Below are positions 9,972 to 18,506 of a stretch of 64,000 bases of DNA, piece by piece (the first letter of the stretch is position 1; the number at the start of each line of letters is the position of its first letter). Origin of the DNA: Longimicrobiales bacterium (GTDB lineage: Bacteria; Gemmatimonadota; Gemmatimonadetes; Longimicrobiales; RSA9). A program made the position numbers and the translations under genes. The notes under the pieces are model-generated. The model was given only the letters and a program-made list of their open reading frames with translations. It was not told where the DNA came from and did not search any database. Location of the stretch: NCBI GenBank assembly GCA_035461245.1, contig DATHVP010000030.1, positions 19,991-83,990 of the forward strand, read 5' to 3'.

Positions 9972-10832
9972 ATGGCCCGAGCCGGGCTCATGGGGGTGCT
10001 TCTGGCGGCGCTCCTGATCGCGTTGCCGGACCAGGGGGCCGCCCAGGTCGTGCACGGGCGAGTCGTGCTGGCGGGCACCGAGCAGCCCCTGGCAGACGTG
10101 CTCGTGCGGCTGCATTTCCCCGACGGCCGGCAGGCCGCGACCACCGTGACGGACAGTGCCGGCGGGTTCCGCATGCGGGCCCCGAGCCTCGGCTCCTTTT
10201 CCATGTCGGCTGAGCTTATCGGCATGGCGCCGGTGTCCACCGCGCAGGTGCGCCTCAACCTGTCTGAGGAGGTAGAGGTGGAACTGGCCATGTCAGAACA
10301 GCCAGTGCCTCTCGACCCGCTCACCGTAAAGGGCCGGGCGGAAATCGATATCGGCTTCCTCGCCGGTTACTACGAGCGCATCGAGCGGCAGCAGCGCCTC
10401 GGCATCGGCCACGTCCTGACACGGGACCGGATCGAGGAACGCGCGGCACTGGACGTGGCGGACCTGCTGCGGGAATTGCCGGGCGTGCATGTCGTCCAGG
10501 GCATGCGGCAGGTGCAGAGCATCCTGTTCCGCGGCGGCGCCCGCGGCGAATGCGTGCCCAGGGTCTATCTCAACGGTATCCTGCAGAACCGGGGCGGAGC
10601 CGCCGGGGACCTGGCCGCGGTGGACGAGACGGTTCGCCCCTACGACCTGGAAGGCCTGGAAGTCTATCGAGGGGTCAGCGAGATGCCGGCTGAATACTAT
10701 GATGACACGCGCTGTGGCGTGATCCTCCTGTGGACGCGCCGCGACGCCGATGGCGGCAGCCCCACCACTCGACGCCGGCTCCTGTTCGCCCTGGCGGGTG
10801 GTGTCGCGTTTGTCCTGCTGTTCATGCGCTGA
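9972..10832 (+). CDS. CarboxypepD_reg-like plus TonB-dependent-receptor plug domain protein without a beta-barrel
   Basis: Signal peptide, then VVHGRVVLAGTEQPLADVLVRLHFPDG...GGFRM. Plug-like LLRELPGVHVVQG...ILFRGG...VYLNGIL...LEGLEVYRGVSEMPAEYY. Ends in a hydrophobic tail after only 286 aa. Confidence 0.65.
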   Translation: MARAGLMGVLLAALLIALPDQGAAQVVHGRVVLAGTEQPLADVLVRLHFPDGRQAATTVTDSAGGFRMRAPSLGSFSMSAELIGMAPVSTAQVRLNLSEEVEVELAMSEQPVPLDPLTVKGRAEIDIGFLAGYYERIERQQRLGIGHVLTRDRIEERAALDVADLLRELPGVHVVQGMRQVQSILFRGGARGECVPRVYLNGILQNRGGAAGDLAAVDETVRPYDLEGLEVYRGVSEMPAEYYDDTRCGVILLWTRRDADGGSPTTRRRLLFALAGGVAFVLLFMR

Positions 10833-10957
10833 ACATCTTGACGCGCGAGGGGGCACCCGCCATAATCTACCCAGCGCGGCGATTTTTACCCGACTTGACG
10901 GGCCGCGCGACGGGGCCGAACGAGGCTCACCGTGAAATCCGTCTAAGTCGCGGGAAT

Positions 10958-10991
10958 GGGCCTGCGACGAACGAGTCGCGGGCCCTTTTCC
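10958..10991 (+). terminator. GC-rich hairpin plus T-tract between the plug gene and metK (terminator or leader attenuator)
   Basis: GGGCCTGCGAC gaacga GTCGCGGGCCC forms an 11-bp stem with one G-T pair and is followed by TTTTCC. It lies 49 nt upstream of the metK ATG. Confidence 0.5.
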
Positions 10992-11039
10992 ATGCGGCCG
11001 GCGATGGGATCAACACTGCAGCAGGGGACGCAACAGGTC

Positions 11040-12212
11040 ATGGCCGACGCACAGCATTACACGTTCACCTCGGAATCCGTGTCGGAGGGGCACCCCGACA
11101 AGGTCGCCGACTACGTCTCGGACTCCATCCTCGACGCGTACCTGGAACTGGATCCCCACGCCAAGGTCGCGTGCGAGACACTGGTCAAGGAGAACCGCCT
11201 GATCCTCGCCGGTGAAATCACCGCCGAGGCAGGTGTGGCCCAGCGGATCAATCACGCGGAAATTGCCAGGCAGGCGGTGCGGGACATCGGCTATACCGAG
11301 GCCGGCCAGCCCTTCAACGCCGCCACCATCGAGATCATGGACCTGCTCACGGAGCAGTCCCGGGAGATCAATGAGGCAGTGGTCAAGGCCGACGCCATGG
11401 AGCAGGGCGCCGGTGACCAGGGCATCATGTTCGGCTACGCCACGGACGAAACGCCCGAACTCATGCCCCTGCCCATCCTGCTGTCCCACCGGCTGGCCCG
11501 TGTCCTCGCGGAGCATCGGCACCGCAACGCCGTGGACTGGCTGCGCCCCGACTCGAAGACCCAGGTCACGGTGACGTACGCCGAAGGCGGTCCCGTGCGC
11601 GTCACCGACGTTCTCATATCCACGCAGCACCGCGAGCACATAAGCCAGCCGGCGATCCGGGACTTCATGGCTGAGCACATCGTGCCTGCCGCGCTGGGTG
11701 AATGGTACCACGATGGCATCAACCTCATCGTGAATCCGTCCGGGAAGTTCACCCACGGCGGACCCAGTGCTGACGCCGGCGTGACCGGGCGCAAGATCAT
11801 CGTGGACACGTATGGCGGAATGGGCCGCCACGGCGGCGGCGCCTTCAGCGGTAAGGACCCCAGCAAGGTGGATCGCAGCGGCGCGTACTTCTGCCGCTAC
11901 GTCGCCCGGAAGCTCGTACTGAATGGCCTCGCGAAGCGCGCCGAGATCCAGGTGGCCTACGCCATCGGCGTTGCCCAGCCCGTGTCCGTGAAGGTGGATA
12001 CCTTCGGCACCGGCGACGAGGCGCGGGCCGCCGAGTTCGTCCGCTCCTTCGACTTCCGTCCGGCCGCCATCATTGACCGGCTCGACCTGCGCCGGCCCAT
12101 CTACCGGAAAACCACGAACTACGGCCATTTCGGCAAGCCGGAGCTGCCCTGGGAAACGCCTAACGGCGCCGTCGCCCGGGAACCAGTAGCCGCGGCCACA
12201 GCCACCGGCTGA
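11040..12212 (+). CDS. metK: S-adenosylmethionine synthetase
   Basis: Motifs FTSESVSEGHPDKVADYVSDSILDAYL, GAGDQGIMFGYA and GGGAFSGKDPSKVDRSGAY. Start placed at ATG 11040 (MADAQHY). Confidence 0.95.
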   Translation: MADAQHYTFTSESVSEGHPDKVADYVSDSILDAYLELDPHAKVACETLVKENRLILAGEITAEAGVAQRINHAEIARQAVRDIGYTEAGQPFNAATIEIMDLLTEQSREINEAVVKADAMEQGAGDQGIMFGYATDETPELMPLPILLSHRLARVLAEHRHRNAVDWLRPDSKTQVTVTYAEGGPVRVTDVLISTQHREHISQPAIRDFMAEHIVPAALGEWYHDGINLIVNPSGKFTHGGPSADAGVTGRKIIVDTYGGMGRHGGGAFSGKDPSKVDRSGAYFCRYVARKLVLNGLAKRAEIQVAYAIGVAQPVSVKVDTFGTGDEARAAEFVRSFDFRPAAIIDRLDLRRPIYRKTTNYGHFGKPELPWETPNGAVAREPVAAATATG

Positions 12213-12528
12213 GTCAGAGCACAACCCGGCGCCCGCGGGCGGAGGCGAAGGCAGACCTCACCGCGGGCGGCGGCCCGCTCCGGATGGCGGATGGCGGCGG
12301 ATAAGCCGCGAGAATCGCGGTCAATCCCGCGGCGAGTCCCTCCGTAGCGGGATTTCATGTCCGCAGCGGCTACCTCCCCAGGCGACTTTTCCCGAACCCG
12401 GCCCAGGCCCCGCCCGGGAACCCCGGTCGGCCTTCCGGGTCTTCAACGTTTTCGGTCCTTCGCGCGTCAGTATACAGAATCGTGCGTCCCGGCGGGGCGC
12501 GTGCCATACTTCGAGGAGTCTACTCGAC

Positions 12529-13842
12529 ATGCTGTTGCAGGCTGCGCGGCCCCGGCGATACACGACGCCGGGCGCCTTCCTCATATTGCTGCTGGTGCTG
12601 GCGTCGCCCTCACGGGCGCAGGACGCGCCGGTCATGTCCCTGGACCAGGTGATACGGCTGGCGGTGGAACAGGACCCGGCGGCAGTCCAGGCCGAGGCGG
12701 CCATGGCCAATGCCCGGACCGACGTGCTGCAGGCCCGGGGCACCTGGCTGCCGACACTCACATCCCTGACCCGCTACAACAATTCCAGCAACCAGCGCTT
12801 CGACCAGACCACCGGCCGGCTGGTGTCGGAGAGCTACACGGCGCAGCTCAATGCCGGCTACGACGTCTTTACCGGCGGACGCCGGCTGCTGGGCCAGCGC
12901 AGTGCCGGTGCGGCCCTGGACGCGGCGGACGCGCAGTATGCGTCCCAGCGCTTTGCTACCATCCAGCGGGCGACGGAGGTCTTCTACGCGGCTGCGGCTG
13001 CCGCGGACATCGTGGCGGCGGCGGAGCAGCGACTGCAGCGGGCGCGGGAGCAGATGACGGCGGCGGAGACGAGGCTGGAGCTGGGCACGGCCACCCAGTC
13101 CGACGCATTGCGGGCGGAGATCGAGGTGGGCAACGCCGAGGTCGCGCTGCTGGACGCCGAGTCATCGCTGCGCAACACGACGCTGGAGCTGGGTCGGCTG
13201 GTGGGCCTGGGTGGCCAGGTGCAGCCGTCCCCGGAAGCGTTGCCGGCGTCGGGCCCGACCCTGCCGCCGCTGGAGACGCTCATCGCCCGGGCGACGTCGG
13301 CGTCGCCGTCGGTGGTGGCGGCGGACGCATCACTGCGGCTGCGGCGCGCAGAGCGGCTGGCGTCGTTCACGCCGTACCTGCCCACCGTGCGCGTGACCGG
13401 CGGCTATGACTGGTTCTCCTTCGATTTCCCTCCTGAGCAGCGGAGCTGGAGCATGGCAGTGACGGCGTCATTGCCCATCTTCAACGGGTTTCAGCGAGAA
13501 GCCACCGTGCAGCGGGCGCTGGCGGCGGAACGGGTGGCGGAGGCGCGCCGGAGGGACGCGGAAATCCAGGCACGCGTGGCCGTGGAGTCGGCGGCGTCAG
13601 AGATCACGTCCACGGAACGCCGCGTGGCCATCGCCGACCGGGCCGTGGTGCTGGCCCGGGAGGACCTGCGCGTGCAGGAGGAACGCTACACCATGGGTGT
13701 GGCCACGATCCTGGATCTGCAGACGTCGCAGGTGAACCTGTCGGACGCGGAAGTGAACGCCGTGCGGGCGCGCCAGGCGCTGGGCTCCGCCGTGGCACGG
13801 CTGGAAGCAATACTCGGACAGCGACTGCGTGAGGAACCATAA
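12529..13842 (+). CDS. TolC-family outer membrane efflux protein
   Basis: GAGGAG RBS and a signal peptide (FLILLLVLASPSRAQ). Two-repeat OMF pattern (LSLDQVIRLAVEQDPA..., ILDLQTSQVNLSDAEVNAVRARQAL). Heads an MFP-RND operon. Confidence 0.85.
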   Translation: MLLQAARPRRYTTPGAFLILLLVLASPSRAQDAPVMSLDQVIRLAVEQDPAAVQAEAAMANARTDVLQARGTWLPTLTSLTRYNNSSNQRFDQTTGRLVSESYTAQLNAGYDVFTGGRRLLGQRSAGAALDAADAQYASQRFATIQRATEVFYAAAAAADIVAAAEQRLQRAREQMTAAETRLELGTATQSDALRAEIEVGNAEVALLDAESSLRNTTLELGRLVGLGGQVQPSPEALPASGPTLPPLETLIARATSASPSVVAADASLRLRRAERLASFTPYLPTVRVTGGYDWFSFDFPPEQRSWSMAVTASLPIFNGFQREATVQRALAAERVAEARRRDAEIQARVAVESAASEITSTERRVAIADRAVVLAREDLRVQEERYTMGVATILDLQTSQVNLSDAEVNAVRARQALGSAVARLEAILGQRLREEP

Positions 13843-15057
13843 ATGGGTGTGTGGCGGATGAAGCTCGTCCCGATGATGGGCGCCGTGACAACGGCGGTAC
13901 TGCTGGCGGCATGCGGCGGCAATAACGATGAGCCGCAGACGGCGCAGGCGTCGCCCGGCGGCGGACCCGGCGGCATGATGGGTGGTGGCGGTGCCCGCGT
14001 TGTGGTAGTGGAAGTGGAGCCGGCCAGCCGTGGCAACATCGCCCGGCAGGTGACGGTGTCCGGCGTGGTCGAGCCGGTCCGCGTGGTCGGCGTCAACAGC
14101 CAGCTGGCCGGCGCTGTCAACGCAGTCCAGGTCCAGGAGGGTGACCGCGTCCGCGCCGGCACCGTGCTGGCGCGCATGGACTCCCGGGAGATCGAGGCGC
14201 AGCTCGCGTCGGCGCAGGCGTCGTTCGACGTGGCAAAGGCCGCCTACGAGCGCGCCGAGCAGCTCCGCGAGCGGCGCGTCATCACGCTGCCGGAGTACGA
14301 GCGGGAACGCACCGCGTACGCCGCCGCACAGGCCCAGGTGGAGCAGCTGCGCACGCGCGTGGGCTACGCCACCGTGCGGGCGCCGGTGACCGGCGTCATC
14401 ACCGACAAGAACGTGGAAGCCGGCGACGTCGTCGGCAACCAGGCCCGGCTCTTCACCATCGCCGATGACTCGGAGCTCGTGGCGCGGGTCGGCGTCTCGG
14501 AACTCGACGTCGTGGAACTCGACCAGGGCGACCCGGTGACCATTACGCTGGACGCGTTCCCGAACCAGGCGCTGGCCGGGAGGATCCGTCGCGTGTTCCC
14601 GAGCGCCGACCCCACGACGCGGCTGGTGCCGGTGGAGGTGGTGTTCGACGCGCAGAGCGCCCGCTTTGCCCGCCCCGGCTTCCTTGCCCGTGTGACCTTC
14701 GACCTGGCCACCAGCCAGAACGTGCTGCTGCTGCCGGTGCAGGCCGTGCTCGGCGCGCAGGGCTCGCAGGCCGTGTTCATCGTGGACGACGAGAGCCGGG
14801 CCCAGCGGCGTCCCGTGGTGACCGGGCTGACGTCCCGAGGCCGCGTCGAGATCGTATCGGGCATTGACGACGGTGATCCCGTCATCGTCATCGGCAATGC
14901 CAACCTTCGTGAGGGAATGACCGTGCGCGTCGCCGGTCGGGACCAGCCCCAGTCGCTGGGGGACCCGACGCCGGCCTCCGCCGGCGCGGTGCCCGCGGAA
15001 ACGGGCACGACCGGTGGTGACGCGGCGGCAGCAGCAGTGGGGAGGAGCGGACCATGA
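13843..15057 (+). CDS. RND efflux periplasmic adaptor (membrane fusion protein)
   Basis: Lipobox LLAACGG and the barrel-sandwich/lipoyl signature (VQVQEGDRVRAGTVLARMD ... GYATVRAPVTGVIT). ATG directly follows the TolC stop. Start could instead be Met6 at 13858. Confidence 0.85.
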   Translation: MGVWRMKLVPMMGAVTTAVLLAACGGNNDEPQTAQASPGGGPGGMMGGGGARVVVVEVEPASRGNIARQVTVSGVVEPVRVVGVNSQLAGAVNAVQVQEGDRVRAGTVLARMDSREIEAQLASAQASFDVAKAAYERAEQLRERRVITLPEYERERTAYAAAQAQVEQLRTRVGYATVRAPVTGVITDKNVEAGDVVGNQARLFTIADDSELVARVGVSELDVVELDQGDPVTITLDAFPNQALAGRIRRVFPSADPTTRLVPVEVVFDAQSARFARPGFLARVTFDLATSQNVLLLPVQAVLGAQGSQAVFIVDDESRAQRRPVVTGLTSRGRVEIVSGIDDGDPVIVIGNANLREGMTVRVAGRDQPQSLGDPTPASAGAVPAETGTTGGDAAAAAVGRSGP

Positions 15058-18000
15058 CGGAGCAGCGGAAGCAGGATGGCAGCCGGCCGCAGGCGGAGGG
15101 CCGGCAGGATGACCACGATGGGCAGCAGCACGCCGCCCCGGGCCGGGCCCACCGCGGCCTGCCGAGCCTGTCCATCCGCCGGCCTGTGGGCACGCTCTGC
15201 CTGACGTCCGTCGTCATCGTGCTGGGCATCTTCTTCCTCGGCAAGCTGCCGCTGGACCTGCTGCCCAGTATCACGTACCCGCAGATCCGCGCCAACATCA
15301 CCAACCGTGGCGTCGACCCGGAGGTGCTGGAAGAGACCGTGGCCAAGCGGGTCGAGGCCTCACTGGCCACGACCGAGAACCTGACGCGCATCGAGACGGA
15401 CATCTCCGAGGGCCGCGTCGGCATCAACCTCCACTTCGCGTACGGTACGGATGTAGACTTCGCGCTGCAGGACGCGTCGAAGAACCTGGACCGGGCCCGC
15501 TCCGCCATCCCGCAGGAGGCGGATCCGCCGACGATCTTCAAGTTCGACCCGTCGCAGGCGCCCATCTATGACGTGGCCTTCTCGTCCTCGCAGCGTGACC
15601 TCGTCTCACTGCGGGACTGGGTGGACCAGCGGCTGCGGCCGCAGCTCTTGACCATCGAAGGCGTCGCGTCGGTGGACGTTTCCGGCGGGTTGGTCCGTGA
15701 GATCCGGGTCACCCTGGACCAGGAGCGCCTGCGGTCGTATGGGCTCACCGTGTCGCAGGTCATTGACGCCATCCGCCAGGCGAACCAGGACGTGGCCGCC
15801 GGCCGCGTCGCCGGGCCGACCCACGAGATCGTCGGCGTGACGCATGGCAAGTTCCAGTCGGTGGATGATGTCAGGGGCGTGCTCCTCAACGTGCGGGGCA
15901 CGCGCATCCCGCTGTCGGAAGTCGCCACTGTCGAGGACACGCACCGGGAGCAGCGCCTGTGGGCGCGGCTGGACGGCGTACCCGCCGTGCGCATGTCCGT
16001 GCGCAAGCAGCCTAATGCCAACACGGTGAAGGTCGCCGAGCAGGTGGACGCGCAGCTCGCGGCCCTCGACGCGTCGCAGTTCATCCCGGCGGACGTCAAC
16101 TACGCCACTATCCAGAACCAGGCCGACTTCATCCGCAACTCCATCAACTCGGTGCGGAACGCGGCCCTGGCCGGCGCGATCCTGGCCATGTTCGTGGTAC
16201 TGCTGTTCCTGGGGTCGCTGCGCAAGACGTTCGTCATCGGCATGGCCATACCCATCGCCATCCTGGCCACCTTCGTGATGATGGGGCTGGGCGAACTGAC
16301 GCTGAACATCATGTCGCTGGGCGGCCTGGCGCTGGGCGTCGGCCTGCTCATCGACAACTCCATCGTCATGCTGGAGAACATATTCCGGCACCGCGAGGAA
16401 GGTAACGAGGACGCCGAGGAGGCTGCCCACCAGGGTGCGGCCGAGGTGCAGAGCGCCGTCATCGCGTCCACCGCCACGAACCTGGCGGCCGTGGTGCCGT
16501 TCCTGCTCATCAGCGGTCTCGCGGCGCTCATCTTCCGGGAACTGATCCTCACCATCTCCTTCGCCATCCTGGCGTCGCTGATGGTGGCGCTTACCGTGGT
16601 GCCCATGCTGTCGGCACAGTTCGCGAAGGTCCGGTTCCAGAGCGGGCTGCACACGTTCAAGCCACTGGTCTGGTTCGACAACGGCATTGGCGGCCTGCGG
16701 AACCTGTACGGCCGCATTGCGCCGCGCGTGCTGCGCTACCGCTGGGGCGTCATCGGCGTGGCCGTGCTGGCGCTGTGGGGCGTGAGCCGGTTGACGGCGG
16801 ACCTGGGCAACGAGTTCCTGCCCCCCGTGGACGACGGCAACGCCTCCGTCATGGTCCGCATGCCCGTCGGCGCTTCGGCGTCAGAGACGAACCGCATCAC
16901 CCTCGAGGTCGAGGAAATGGTCCGGCAGATGCCGGGCGTGAAGACCCAGTTCGCCACCGCTGGTGGCATGCAGTGGGGCGGCTCCACCAGCGAGAACGCT
17001 GGCCGCGGTTCCATCACCGTCGTGCTGGAGGACGCCGGCGGCCGGGGCCTGTCCGCGCAGCAGTGGGTGCAGGAGATGCAGCAGCGCGTGACTGACCGCG
17101 GCTTTGCCGGCGTGAACATCTTCGTGCGGCCGCCCAGCATCCGCGGGTTGCGCACGAATACGTCCGGCTCACCCGTCGCTCTGACCATCACCGGCGACGA
17201 CCTGGGCGTGCTGCGCACCATTGCCGAGGACGTGTCGTTCCTGCTCAGGGGCATCCCCGGGCTGGAGAACCTGGATCCGTCCGCCGACGAGGGCACGCCC
17301 CAGCTCGCCATCGAGCTGGACCGGGAGCGGGCCGGTTACCTCGGCCTGAACGTCGCCACCGTCGGTCAGACGCTCCGGACCGCCCTGGACGGCACGGTCG
17401 CCACGCGCTTCGCATCCGGCAACCAGGAGTTCGACCTGCGTGTCCAGCTGCCGCGGGAGCAGTTCACCAGCCCCGAGGACATCGGCTCGGTGGCGCTCTT
17501 CCCCGGCCTTGCCGGTGGGGCGCCCATCTACCTGCGGGACGTGGCCCGGGTCTACACCGCGGCCGGACCCACGACCATCAACCGGGAGAACCAGAACCGG
17601 ATCTTCCGCCTCACCGGCGACGTCATCAATGAGGTCGCGTCGGTGACCGCCGTGAATGACTCCATCCGCGCGCGGCTGGCCGGCTTCGAGATTCCCGACG
17701 GCTACGGCATCATCATCGGCGGCGAGGAAGAGGCCATCCGGGAGAACAACAGGCAGCTCGCCATCGTCGTGGGGCTGGCCATCTTCCTGGTCTTCGTCGT
17801 CATGGCCGTGCAGTACGAGAGTGTGGTGAACCCGTTCGTCATCATCTTCGCCATCCCCCTCTCGCTGGTGGGCGTGGGCACACTGCTCTGGCTCACGGGC
17901 ACGCCGAAGAGCGCGCCAGTGCTGCTGGGTGTCATCCTGCTGGCGGGCATTGTGGTTAACAACGCCATCCTGCTGGTGGAGTATACCGAGCAGGCCCGCA

Positions 18001-18338
18001 GGCGCGGCATGGACCGCCTCAGTGCGGTGGTCCAGGCGGGCACCACGCGCCTGCGCCCCATCTTCATGACCACGCTCACGACCGTCAGCGGCATGCTGCC
18101 GCTGGCACTGGGCATCGGCCAGGGCTCCGAACTCATGCAACCGCTGGCCATCGCCGTCGTGGGTGGGCTCAGCGTGTCCATGCTGCTCACCCTGTTCGTC
18201 GTGCCCAGCGCCTACCTCATCTTCAACACCGCGGCCGAGCAACTGGGCGTGTTCCTGACGGGCCGCAAGCCCGCTGACACGGCATCGCCCCAGCCGGCCC
18301 CCGCTGCCGCGCGGATCAGCAGCGTCGGCGCAGACTGA
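15054..18338 (+). CDS. RND (HAE1/AcrB-type) efflux permease
   Basis: 1094 aa with the typical 12-TM and two-large-loop layout. ATGA start/stop overlap with the adaptor gene. Confidence 0.9.
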   Translation: MTEQRKQDGSRPQAEGRQDDHDGQQHAAPGRAHRGLPSLSIRRPVGTLCLTSVVIVLGIFFLGKLPLDLLPSITYPQIRANITNRGVDPEVLEETVAKRVEASLATTENLTRIETDISEGRVGINLHFAYGTDVDFALQDASKNLDRARSAIPQEADPPTIFKFDPSQAPIYDVAFSSSQRDLVSLRDWVDQRLRPQLLTIEGVASVDVSGGLVREIRVTLDQERLRSYGLTVSQVIDAIRQANQDVAAGRVAGPTHEIVGVTHGKFQSVDDVRGVLLNVRGTRIPLSEVATVEDTHREQRLWARLDGVPAVRMSVRKQPNANTVKVAEQVDAQLAALDASQFIPADVNYATIQNQADFIRNSINSVRNAALAGAILAMFVVLLFLGSLRKTFVIGMAIPIAILATFVMMGLGELTLNIMSLGGLALGVGLLIDNSIVMLENIFRHREEGNEDAEEAAHQGAAEVQSAVIASTATNLAAVVPFLLISGLAALIFRELILTISFAILASLMVALTVVPMLSAQFAKVRFQSGLHTFKPLVWFDNGIGGLRNLYGRIAPRVLRYRWGVIGVAVLALWGVSRLTADLGNEFLPPVDDGNASVMVRMPVGASASETNRITLEVEEMVRQMPGVKTQFATAGGMQWGGSTSENAGRGSITVVLEDAGGRGLSAQQWVQEMQQRVTDRGFAGVNIFVRPPSIRGLRTNTSGSPVALTITGDDLGVLRTIAEDVSFLLRGIPGLENLDPSADEGTPQLAIELDRERAGYLGLNVATVGQTLRTALDGTVATRFASGNQEFDLRVQLPREQFTSPEDIGSVALFPGLAGGAPIYLRDVARVYTAAGPTTINRENQNRIFRLTGDVINEVASVTAVNDSIRARLAGFEIPDGYGIIIGGEEEAIRENNRQLAIVVGLAIFLVFVVMAVQYESVVNPFVIIFAIPLSLVGVGTLLWLTGTPKSAPVLLGVILLAGIVVNNAILLVEYTEQARRRGMDRLSAVVQAGTTRLRPIFMTTLTTVSGMLPLALGIGQGSELMQPLAIAVVGGLSVSMLLTLFVVPSAYLIFNTAAEQLGVFLTGRKPADTASPQPAPAAARISSVGAD

Positions 18339-18367
18339 GGCGTTCCGCCGCTGTGCGGCGTAACGCC
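18339..18367 (+). terminator. stem-loop overlapping the end of the RND gene
   Basis: GGCGTT-C-CGCCGC tgt GCGGCG-T-AACGCC gives 12 paired positions with one C/T mismatch. No T-tract follows. Confidence 0.35.
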
Positions 18368-18370
18368 GGT

Positions 18371-18480
18371 GTATGGTTTATGGGGATGGAGTATGGGGAT
18401 CGTGTATGGGGATCGTGTATGGGGATCGTGTATGGGTGGACCGGCCACCGACCCCATACACCATCCCCATAGTCCATCCA
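18371..18480. repeat. composite GTATGGGGAT-type repeat element, copy 1 (tandem 13-mers plus an inverted arm)
   Basis: GTATGGTTTATGGGGATGGAGTATGGGGATCG is followed by GTATGGGGATCGT x3 (18391-18429). ACCCCATACACCATCCCCATAG at 18451-18472 is the near reverse complement of the left arm. Sits between convergent genes. Confidence 0.75.
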
Positions 18481-18506
18481 CCGTACGCCGCACGGCGTAC
18501 ACCTAC

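Noticed and set aside
10833-11039. Calling the metK leader a SAM-I riboswitch
   Set aside because: By eye the leader lacks the ordered SAM-I core blocks (GAGGGA..GGCCC..GAAACCC..GCAACC..GGUGC.AA.UCC). Only loose, out-of-order resemblances are present. It is kept as an unclassified candidate leader in the findings.
12357-13409. 350-aa ORF overlapping the TolC-like gene in another plus-strand frame
   Set aside because: The TolC frame has a signal peptide, an RBS and family motifs. This frame is Gly/Ala/Arg/Pro low-complexity sequence.
18391-18429. Possible CRISPR array (short direct repeats here and at 38289-38324, 20545-20604, 49668-49721)
   Set aside because: The units are 12-16 nt and directly abutting, with no unique spacers. 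No cas genes are in the window. These are microsatellite-like tandem repeats, not CRISPR.
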